Below, one piece after another: positions 1 through 6,935 of a DNA stretch of 24,000 bases. The stretch comes from an uncultured Alphaproteobacteria bacterium (GTDB lineage: Bacteria; Pseudomonadota; Alphaproteobacteria; Rhizobiales; Aestuariivirgaceae). The position numbers were made by a program, and so were the translations under genes. The stretch covers positions 1 to 24,000 of the forward strand of contig CAVWYF010000027.1 in assembly GCA_963759095.1 (NCBI GenBank), given 5' to 3'. The first letter of the stretch is position 1; the number at the start of each line of letters is the position of its first letter. The notes under the pieces are model-generated. The model saw only the letters and a list, made by a program, of their open reading frames with translations, did not search any database and was not told the origin of the DNA.

Positions 1-271
1 TTGACAGCCTATTCCGTTGAAAAATTGCACATTTGCCTCAGGTCCAAAAAATTTCTGCCTCATAGAGATGGTTCCGGAAATTTTGGCCGAGGTGGTAGTG
101 AGCAAATTTAGCGGCGGCTTTCGATATTTGCCTCTCATAGCGAAAATGTAGACTCCGCTATTCTCGAGTTTTTCAACGGAATATGCCAAAAGCGGCAACG
201 CGCTTAAAAAGAGACCGCATGTAGTTAGGAACGTCACCGGCATCCACTGCTGCCTCGCGTACAAGCCCACT

Positions 272-776
272 CTAATAGAGATGTAAACTCAGTACCGAGC
301 GGATAATATGAATGTCTGCACCAAACCCGAGTTCTCTTCCAATAGACCCAGCCTCGTAAATGTCTGTCGACTTGCCGACATAAAGGTACTCAATCCGCGA
401 CGATAACCACTTGTTACCTGGCCAGAACATTTCCACTCCGCCACCAGCCGTCCAACTTGTCTGCCATTTGCTATCTGTGACGGTCGGCGAGGCGACCACC
501 AGCGGGGGGAGACGTAGTCAGCGTGGTATTAAATACAGCTGGGCCGCCAGCGGCAAAAGCAAGAAACTGGTTCTCTTCACCAAAGGTCATACCAACTCGG
601 CCGCGCACCGTAATCAAGCCACCGATCTCAGCCGTACAACTTCTGGGCGCGCCACCAAGGCAGTCTGTCAACGATGCGTCCATGTTTGAGGTCATTGCAT
701 CCGCCTCTACCCCAAACAGCATCCTGTCTTGAGTGTGGTTCCAACCAACACCCAGTCCAAACAGGGTAGGCAGCAA
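272..776 (-). pseudogene. Outer-membrane beta-barrel protein remnant (Omp25/Omp31/porin-family type), 5'-truncated and frameshifted
   Basis: Two adjacent minus-strand ORFs (471..776 and 272..499) sit in frames offset by 1. They read ...GLGVGWNHTQDRMLFGVEADA...VRGRVGMTF... and ...WTAGGGVEMFW...RIEYLYV...SVLSLHLY (terminal aromatic residue), a typical OMP beta-barrel pattern. The frames can only be joined inside the G6 run at 504-509. Only about 168 codons remain, with no signal peptide and an in-frame stop at 795-797. Confidence 0.7.
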
Positions 777-1578
777 ATGGATTGCGAACGTAAATCAGCG
801 GTCTTATGCCACGGCATAGATTTCCCACTCCGATTCGAGACCACAGTACTCCCGACACATCTGCAAATCGTTCATTTAGAAATGCAGTCCGAGGTATCGG
901 CTCGCCACCGTACCGTTCAATAACAGGAGCGCTTTCATGACCCTGCTCAACGAGTTCACCAGTCTCCGAATTGATAGTCACGTACGCATTGCCGATGGGA
1001 AACAATGAGCTGAGAATAAGAGGCGGTTCTTCGCCAACGTAAGCTCCAAAACGGCACGCGCTAATGGCGATGATTCTAACATCTTCCGGATTTATCACAC
1101 CTTCTCGGATATATCCTCTGATGCGTTGGCTCTTGGTCCAAAATGCACTCGTGGTTCTCAACTGAGCTTGACGAGTGGGGGCATGAGCAAATGCTCCGTT
1201 CTCATCTAAGGGCGGTGGGCCGACAACCTGATCTGGCCCAGGCTCGCCGATGTCTGGGGCTATGGCCTCGATCCAGGTTCGTTGTCCATTCTCCAAAATG
1301 CACAAGTCGGGTTGACCGCCTTCCTGAAGTCTCTCCGATGTCGGGAGGAGAGTTCGACCTGTTTGGAGCAAAGTTTGACCAAGATACATTTCCCAGAATC
1401 GCCCATCGAGATCGCGTGCGAACCCGGGGCGAAAGTCGGGGTCGGCATAAGGTTCATAAGTTTGCCACATCGCCTCTATTTGCTCATGGAGTTCTTGCTC
1501 CACTCGAAATTGAGGGTTGCGCAAGTTCACAAAACCGGGATCAAGGTTATCACCGTCGAAATCGAATAATGGCGGCAT
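628..1578 (-). CDS. Hypothetical protein, 316 aa; possible restriction-endonuclease-like (PD-(D/E)xK-type) core; 3' end reads out of frame across the OMP remnant
   Basis: Long ORF with protein-like composition. The segment FWEMYLGQ...GGQPDLCILENGQRTWIEAIAP (E63, D91, E104) resembles an E...PD...(D/E)x(K) nuclease core but lacks the canonical Lys. I recognise no family. About the last 49 codons (nt about 628-775) overlap the OMP remnant on the same strand in another frame. Confidence 0.6.
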   Translation of the reverse strand: MPPLFDFDGDNLDPGFVNLRNPQFRVEQELHEQIEAMWQTYEPYADPDFRPGFARDLDGRFWEMYLGQTLLQTGRTLLPTSERLQEGGQPDLCILENGQRTWIEAIAPDIGEPGPDQVVGPPPLDENGAFAHAPTRQAQLRTTSAFWTKSQRIRGYIREGVINPEDVRIIAISACRFGAYVGEEPPLILSSLFPIGNAYVTINSETGELVEQGHESAPVIERYGGEPIPRTAFLNERFADVSGVLWSRIGVGNLCRGIRPLIYVRNPFAAYPVWTGCWLEPHSRQDAVWGRGGCNDLKHGRIVDRLPWWRAQKLYG

Positions 1579-1610
1579 TCTTCAAATCCCCATTCGTGGA
1601 TGGTTAGAGG

Positions 1611-2435
1611 ATGGAAAAAACTTCTCTAGAGCAGATAATATGGCAGGTTCTCGTCGATAGCGCCCCTGAACGCGAGGGCGAACTATCTGCAATCTGGCAT
1701 GAATTGAATCCAATTGTACAACTGTTAGCAGACGTTCATGTTGGTGAGCGAATTGTATTCGACGCGGGTGCATACCGATATGTGCGTTTCAACCATCGGG
1801 TGATGCGGGCGTTCTGGATTGCAGGGTTTGCAGCTTGGGAAGCGTATAGATCGGTAGCCAGAAGTAGCAAACTTGGCCTAGATACAGCTCAATTTGATCA
1901 GCTATTAACAGCATTCGAGAAAGTGATTTCGGACGAAGATCCAACCCTTGCTCCTTTGCCCCAGGGTGTGGCGGAGCCGGGTCAATATCCAGATGTCGAA
2001 GAAGACCCAGAGGGACGAGCAGCCTCAGAATTAGCCACCATTGGAGTCGCGTGGGCTTTGCTGCACGAACTTCGTCATATCCAACATCAGCGTGACGGAA
2101 CAGGCGCAAAGCCCTTTGTCGTTGGCCGCTATGAGTACCACAGAGAAGAATTTTCGTGCGACGATTTCGCCACCTCGTACTTGTTAGAGAGAACTCAAGA
2201 TTATGCAGATTCCCAATGTGTAAGTGTTGAATTAGTCAGGCAAAAGAGACAACTCGGTATCTATTTCGGCTTGTTCGCTGTCAGCTTAATAGCAAAAGAC
2301 AAGTGGCAAGCCACGGATACCCATCCGTCAGTGCAAGAACGGATTGATTCAGTTCGCAACCAGATGGCAGGCGAGAAATCAGAGATAGCCGCAGCTATCG
2401 CCCATGTCGCATTCGCCACACTTAGACAAAGATAG
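1611..2435 (+). CDS. HExxH zinc-metallopeptidase-like protein, 274 aa (ImmA/IrrE / M78 / COG2856-like signature; Lit/U49-like alternative)
   Basis: HELRH sits at residues 152-156 (nt 2064-2078). It is followed 23 aa later by EEFSCDDFATSYLL (nt 2145-2186), matching the ImmA/IrrE pattern HExxH...E-x-E-(A/C)-(N/D)-x-FA-x-x-LL. The 140-aa N-terminal region is unassigned. ATG 1611 is the only plausible start, because a TAG lies two codons upstream in frame; AGAGG abuts the ATG. Confidence 0.7.
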   Translation: MEKTSLEQIIWQVLVDSAPEREGELSAIWHELNPIVQLLADVHVGERIVFDAGAYRYVRFNHRVMRAFWIAGFAAWEAYRSVARSSKLGLDTAQFDQLLTAFEKVISDEDPTLAPLPQGVAEPGQYPDVEEDPEGRAASELATIGVAWALLHELRHIQHQRDGTGAKPFVVGRYEYHREEFSCDDFATSYLLERTQDYADSQCVSVELVRQKRQLGIYFGLFAVSLIAKDKWQATDTHPSVQERIDSVRNQMAGEKSEIAAAIAHVAFATLRQR

Positions 2436-2570
2436 CCAAGCGCCCCAAATCCATATTGACATTTAGCGTTTGGAGCTATGGCCAAGCAACTTTTGGCTTC
2501 GCACTTACACGGGAACTACACGCAATGTGTATGGGTTGGAGGTCATCGTAACCTAAGTCATTGAAAAAAC

Positions 2571-2646
2571 TGGTGCCCAGGGGCGGAATCGAACCACCGA
2601 CACGCGGATTTTCAATCCGCTGCTCTACCAACTGAGCTACCTGGGC
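2571..2646 (-). tRNA. tRNA-Phe (anticodon GAA)
   Basis: The reverse complement folds as a 76-nt cloverleaf. Acceptor is GCCCAGG/CCTGGGC, D arm GCTC-AGTTGGTA-GAGC, anticodon arm GCGGA-TTGAAAA-TCCGC (GAA) and T arm GGTGG-TTCGATT-CCGCC, with an encoded CCA. Confidence 0.95.
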
Positions 2647-2780
2647 ATACGGGCCGGATGAAGAATCCCTCATGCGACCGCAGCGGTTTATAGGTGATCG
2701 TCCGGCACCTGTCCAGCGTCAACCAACATACATCGTGACGGTTTTCTTAAGCCTTAATACTCGGCTGCCCGGCGGCCGCC

Positions 2781-3035
2781 TCAGCTGTTCTCGCTGCCAT
2801 CGTCGCGCTTGGGCGACAAGGTCTCTCCGGTCTCGTCGAAATCAGGCGCATCGGTGGCCGGAATGGCATACTGGCCGCCCAGCCAGCGGTGCAGGTCGAC
2901 GTCGGCGCACCTGGCTGAACAAAACGGATGGTATTTCTGTTTTGACGGCTGCTGGCACAGCGGACACGGGCGCCTGGTGCGCAACCTTATCGGTGGTTCC
3001 GGTTTCTTGCCGCCTGAACCTTTTTGATCGCTCAT
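2781..3035 (-). CDS. yacG: DNA gyrase inhibitor YacG (zinc finger)
   Basis: The sequence MSDQKGS...[36 protein letters not shown] matches the YacG CPxC...FCSxRC..DL..W motif. Start was moved to ATG 3035, one nt after the maf stop; the longer ORF-track start at 3125 overlaps maf. Confidence 0.85.
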   Translation of the reverse strand: MSDQKGSGGKKPEPPIRLRTRRPCPLCQQPSKQKYHPFCSARCADVDLHRWLGGQYAIPATDAPDFDETGETLSPKRDDGSENS

Positions 3036-3036
3036 A

Positions 3037-3663
3037 TCAGGTCTCCGTAACCCACTTTCCGTAAACCGGATATCCGCCGGCCTGCAGCATCTGCACGGTT
3101 TCATGCAGCGGCAGACCAACAACACAGGTGTACGACCCGCTCATCCAGCGCACGAAAGCCGCCGCCTTGCCCTGGATGGCATAGCCGCCGGCCTTGCCGC
3201 GCCATTCATCACTCATCAGGTAGGCATCCATGTCAGACCGCATCAGCCGCTTGAAGCGGACCTTGGTGTCGACAACCCTGGAGCGTTCGCGCCCGTCGGG
3301 CGACACCACCGCAATGGTTGTAAATACCCTATGCGAGCGCCCCGACAACAGTCTTAACGCATCACGCGCCTCATCGGTCGACTGCGGCTTGTCAATCACC
3401 CGCCGGCCGACGCTGACCACCGTATCAGCCGCCAACACGAAGACGTTTTCCCCCAGATTGCGCACCAGCGGTGCAGCGCGCGCTGCCTGGGCTTTCTCGC
3501 GCGCCAGCCGCAGCGACAGCGCCCTGGGAGATTCGCGCTTGCGCCGGGTCTCGTCAATATCCACCGGGTTGAGCAGGTCCGGATAAATGCCCACCTGTTC
3601 AATCAATGCCAGCCTGCGCGGCGAGGCGCTGGCCAGTACCAGCTTTGCATCGGTAATCGACAT
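3037..3663 (-). CDS. maf: Maf-like nucleoside triphosphate pyrophosphatase / septum formation protein
   Basis: The N-terminus [19 protein letters not shown], then ...ADTVV...GKP.., then a C-terminal AGGYAIQG motif are all typical of the Maf family. Confidence 0.9.
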   Translation of the reverse strand: MSITDAKLVLASASPRRLALIEQVGIYPDLLNPVDIDETRRKRESPRALSLRLAREKAQAARAAPLVRNLGENVFVLAADTVVSVGRRVIDKPQSTDEARDALRLLSGRSHRVFTTIAVVSPDGRERSRVVDTKVRFKRLMRSDMDAYLMSDEWRGKAGGYAIQGKAAAFVRWMSGSYTCVVGLPLHETVQMLQAGGYPVYGKWVTET

Positions 3664-3757
3664 GTCGTGAGCCTTTTGAACCCTGCTGAGAGCATCATTC
3701 TAGATTGAAGCGGTATGTGCTACAGATTCTGGGCAATTGTCCAGCATCACGGCAAGT

Positions 3758-3779
3758 CTTACGATGTTTTCATCGTAAG
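3758..3779. other. Perfect 9-bp stem / 4-nt loop hairpin spanning the stop codon of the LMW phosphatase gene
   Basis: cttacgatg-tttt-catcgtaag occupies 3758-3779. No U-tract follows it in the minus (sense) orientation, so it is not a canonical intrinsic terminator. Confidence 0.4.
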
Positions 3780-4219
3780 TTTGGCAGGCCGGTTTCGCCG
3801 AACCGGTCCCGCATCCGCTTGATGAGATGGTCCCTGCAGGCGCGATAGGCATCCAGTACCTGCTCCCGGCTGCCCATCTCAAGCGACGGGTCCATCGTCG
3901 GCCAGTACACCACATCAATGGCCATGGTCCGGGTCAGCTCCATGGCCTTGTGATGGGCTTCCGGCGACAACGACACCACCAGGTCAAAACTGGAATCGAC
4001 AAGATCGTCGAACGACTTGGCCTTGTGTTTGGAAATATCGACGCCGATTTCGTCCAGCACCTCGATAATGAACTCGTCGCGCTTGCCCGGACGCACCCCG
4101 CAACTGTCCACAAACACCCGGTGGCCGTAATAATACTTCATGATCCCTTCGGCCATGGGCGAGCGGATGGCATTGTGCGAGCAGCAAAACAGCACAGCAC
4201 CTGGCAGGTCCGCGCTCAT
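3770..4219 (-). CDS. Low-molecular-weight protein-tyrosine phosphatase / ArsC-like family protein
   Basis: The N-terminal P-loop VLFCCSHNAIRSPMAEG fits the CX5R(S/T) signature of LMW-PTPs. Its 149-aa size is typical. Confidence 0.85.
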   Translation of the reverse strand: MSADLPGAVLFCCSHNAIRSPMAEGIMKYYYGHRVFVDSCGVRPGKRDEFIIEVLDEIGVDISKHKAKSFDDLVDSSFDLVVSLSPEAHHKAMELTRTMAIDVVYWPTMDPSLEMGSREQVLDAYRACRDHLIKRMRDRFGETGLPNLR

Positions 4220-4240
4220 ATGGCAGAACCTCGCATTGTT

Positions 4241-4504
4241 ATACCAAAGGAACTAACTATTGACCCTTTTGACCGATTTTTCGCGTTTGTCGGCGAGGCA
4301 TGCTTCACGCCTTGGTCTGGCCGACCACAAGTGGAGCATAACGACGTCCGGCGGACGCGAAAAACCGGCCTTCGGTGGGCCAAATCCGTCCATCTGCTGC
4401 GTTGCGGCGCTTGCCCGATGCACCACATCGCGCTACGCACCGCGCCTGCCAGAGTGAACGGATTTGACTCCATCAAAAGGGTCAATAGTTAGTTCCTTTG
4501 GTAT
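4241..4504. mobile_element. MITE-like element: 32-bp perfect terminal inverted repeats flanking a 200-bp GC-rich core
   Basis: ATACCAAAGGAACTAACTATTGACCCTTTTGA at 4241-4272 is the exact reverse complement of 4473-4504. If the outer A/T pair is assigned to the flank, 31-bp TIRs (4242-4503) are bordered by direct TTA at 4239-4241 and 4504-4506. The element fills the whole intergenic gap between the UPF0262 stop and the phosphatase start. Confidence 0.65.
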
Positions 4505-4980
4505 TAGCCGCGCCAATGCAGCACGCACACCAGCGTGAACAACCGCCGCGCAGTGTCAAAATCCACGACAATCTTGCCGTCCAGCCGGTCCATCAGCACC
4601 TGGCTGCCTTCATTGTGCAGGCCGCGCCGGGCCATGTCGATGGTTTCAATCTGGCTGGGCGTGGCAGTGCGAATGGCCTGATAATAGCTTTCACAGATGC
4701 CGTAATAGTCCTTCACAATGCGTCGCAGCGGCGACAGGGCCAGCACGATGACACTCAAAGTGTCTCCGGCCTCGCTGCACACATTGAACACCAGCTTGGT
4801 GCCGTCGATTGACAGGTTGAGGGAGTAGGGCCCTTCCGGTTTGCCAACGACCTGGAAACTGTTGCTCTCGAGCAGATCGTAGATCGCCACTTTTCGCTCG
4901 TGGTCCACGTCGGCAGAGAAGGTCTTGGACAGCGTATTGTCAAGGTTGACGGCGACCAGTTTGTTGTTGTCGGTGTCCAT
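4504..4980 (-). CDS. UPF0262 family protein
   Basis: The sequence ...[15 protein letters not shown]...[23 protein letters not shown]...[15 protein letters not shown]...[15 protein letters not shown] is the pattern I recall for alphaproteobacterial UPF0262 proteins. It sits next to hisD. Confidence 0.8.
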   Translation of the reverse strand: MDTDNNKLVAVNLDNTLSKTFSADVDHERKVAIYDLLESNSFQVVGKPEGPYSLNLSIDGTKLVFNVCSEAGDTLSVIVLALSPLRRIVKDYYGICESYYQAIRTATPSQIETIDMARRGLHNEGSQVLMDRLDGKIVVDFDTARRLFTLVCVLHWRG

Positions 4981-5053
4981 GTCCCGGGCTTCCAGAGCGT
5001 TTGCGGTGAGTCGCGCGATCTAACTGCCTTATTCGCTTCGCATAAGTGAAGGG

Positions 5054-6349
5054 TCAGGGCAAGTTCAACCGCATGGCGACCGAGCGTGCATGGGCTTCCA
5101 GCCCTTCCGCGCGCCCTATTGTGATGGCATCCGGACCAATGGCGCGCAACGCATCTGCACTGCATTTCAGAATGGATGTGCGCTTCATGAAGTCGAGCAC
5201 ATTGAGCCCGGAAGAATACCGCGCACTACGCGCTGTCGGCAGCACGTGATTGGGGCCGCCGACATAATCGCCGACGGCTTCCGGCGTAAACGCGCCCAGG
5301 AATATGGCGCCGGCATTGTGTACGGCCGCGGCAATCTCGTCCTCGTTCCGGCACACGATTTCAAGATGTTCCGGTGCCAGCCGGTCCACCAGCCCCACCG
5401 CATCCATGAGGTTGTCGACGGTGATGATGCAGCCGAATTCGCGCCAGCTCGCCCCGGCAATGTCCGCCTTCGGCAAGGTTGCAAGCTGTGTCTCAACCGC
5501 TTCCGCCACCTCGCGCGCTAGTTGCTCGCTGTCGCATATCAAGATCGACTGGGCTGACGGGTCATGTTCTGCCTGCGCCAGAAGATCAGCCGCAATCCAG
5601 CCCGCATTGGCACTGCCGTCAGCCATCACGAGAACCTCGGACGGACCTGCAATCATGTCGATACCGACCGTGCCGAACACCTGTCTTTTGGCCGCTGCCA
5701 CAAAGGCATTGCCCGGACCGACGATCTTGGCGACCGGCTCTACAGTGTCAGTGCCGAAAGCCAACGCTGCAATGGCTTGCGCACCGCCAATGGTGTGGAT
5801 CTCGGTGACACCGGCAATGCGCGCTGCCGCAATCACCTGGGCGTTGATGACGCCTTTTGGTGTCGGCACCACCATGACCAGGCGGTCAACGCCGGCCACG
5901 CGCGCCGGGATCGCATTCATCAGCACTGAAGACGGATAGGCGGCAAGCCCGCCCGGCACATAAAGCCCGGCTGCCTGAACCGCGCTCCAGCGATGGCCAA
6001 GCTCGACACCTGATGCATCCGTATAGCGCTCACCGGCTGGTACCTGCCGGCCGTGATAGGCCTGGATGCGGGCCGCGGCCGCCTCCAGTGCAGCCAGAAT
6101 GTCAGGCGGGCATTTATCGGCTTCCAGTTTGATCTGGTCGGCTGACATGCGGGCACCGGTGTCAGGCAGATCAAACCCGTCGAACTGTTTTGTGTAGTCG
6201 CGTACTGCCGCATCACCACGGGCTTTGACGTCAGCAAGAATGCCGGCCACGGCGTCATTAACGTCTGCGGACTGTTCACGCTTGTCGCCCAGCAGCCTGG
6301 CAAACTCGGCCTCGAAACCGGCATCATTGATGTTCAGCCAGCGTGTCAT
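5054..6349 (-). CDS. hisD: Histidinol dehydrogenase
   Basis: The 431-aa product contains typical HisD blocks: ...YVPGGLAAYPSSVLMNAIPARVAGV, IGGAQAIAALAFGT, GPGNAFVAAAKR, AGPSEVLV, AQAEHD and GDYVGGPNHVLPT. Confidence 0.95.
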   Translation of the reverse strand: MTRWLNINDAGFEAEFARLLGDKREQSADVNDAVAGILADVKARGDAAVRDYTKQFDGFDLPDTGARMSADQIKLEADKCPPDILAALEAAAARIQAYHGRQVPAGERYTDASGVELGHRWSAVQAAGLYVPGGLAAYPSSVLMNAIPARVAGVDRLVMVVPTPKGVINAQVIAAARIAGVTEIHTIGGAQAIAALAFGTDTVEPVAKIVGPGNAFVAAAKRQVFGTVGIDMIAGPSEVLVMADGSANAGWIAADLLAQAEHDPSAQSILICDSEQLAREVAEAVETQLATLPKADIAGASWREFGCIITVDNLMDAVGLVDRLAPEHLEIVCRNEDEIAAAVHNAGAIFLGAFTPEAVGDYVGGPNHVLPTARSARYSSGLNVLDFMKRTSILKCSADALRAIGPDAITIGRAEGLEAHARSVAMRLNLP

Positions 6350-6819
6350 TCGGTTGCGTCCTGTGTGCTGGTGTCTTCAGGCCCTGCGTCATGGTCCGGC
6401 CGTGCGCGCGCCGGCCAGGCCTCACTCAGGTCTGCAATTGCCACCTCGATACACTCAACCTCGATACGTACAGCACCACCGCCTGCAAACGACAGTTCGA
6501 TGGTGCCTTCCGGCGCCTCAGCGCCTGGAATGAACGTCATGGCAAGCAGCGATACGATTGCCGGCTTGTCGCTCATGATGATATTGCGTGCGCTCACACG
6601 GCGGACCCGGGATATCTGAACACCGCACAGCCGCCGCTCGCCGGTGCCTGCCTTGTTGCCGAAATGAACATAGCGGTTGGCCACAATCGACAGCTTGCCC
6701 GCGCTCTTCATCCAGCGAAGATCGCCCACCGGCAAGACTGCATCCTGCAAATGCGCGGAAATGACGGCCAGATCCTCTTCATCCAGCGCAGCTATTTTTA
6801 TAGCGGGAGTGTCGGCCAT
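6346..6819 (-). CDS. DUF2948 family protein
   Basis: IKIAALDEEDLAVISAHLQDAV... matches the DUF2948 pattern usually found between murA and hisD in Alphaproteobacteria. It overlaps the hisD start by 4 nt (ATGA). Confidence 0.75.
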   Translation of the reverse strand: MADTPAIKIAALDEEDLAVISAHLQDAVLPVGDLRWMKSAGKLSIVANRYVHFGNKAGTGERRLCGVQISRVRRVSARNIIMSDKPAIVSLLAMTFIPGAEAPEGTIELSFAGGGAVRIEVECIEVAIADLSEAWPARARPDHDAGPEDTSTQDATE

Positions 6820-6935
6820 GTGCTTGGTCGCTTTTTGCTTTCAACCCTCAGGAACAGGGGTTGTCTATAGCATGTTGCACGGAAAGTGGGAGCGGTTTTG
6901 CAAACCAGAACATAAGGGGAGATCAAAGATACGAT

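Noticed and set aside
828-843. CCGATTCGAGACCACA resembles the tRNA-Phe T-arm segment CGGAATCGAACCACC, a possible degenerate att repeat marking the far end of the cassette
   Set aside because: Only about 12 of 16 positions match, and that requires a gap. The tRNA 3'-terminal bases that att sites normally include are not repeated. This is insufficient to call an attachment site.
3664-3769. From memory of Rhizobiales gene order I expected infA between the LMW phosphatase and maf. Only about 100 bp of spacer with a hairpin is present.
   Set aside because: No infA-like reading (MAKEE...VLAGDKV...) exists in any frame here. I cannot verify that the synteny expectation applies to this lineage, so I am not reporting a loss event.
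4216-4485. 89-aa (minus) and 65-aa (plus, 4260..4457) ORFs inside the inverted-repeat element, both starting MTLL
   Set aside because: The identical N-termini are a by-product of the terminal inverted repeats (TTG ACC CTT TTG on both strands). The compositions are not protein-like.
3827-4492. 221-aa plus-strand ORF
   Set aside because: It is antisense to the LMW phosphatase gene and runs into the MITE-like element. It has no motifs and is Arg/His-rich shadow-frame sequence.
5090-6533. Several 100-210-aa plus-strand ORFs opposite hisD, and similar ones opposite murA, aacS and the substrate-binding protein gene
   Set aside because: All are antisense to confidently identified genes and translate to low-complexity Ala/Arg/Ser/Pro-rich sequence.
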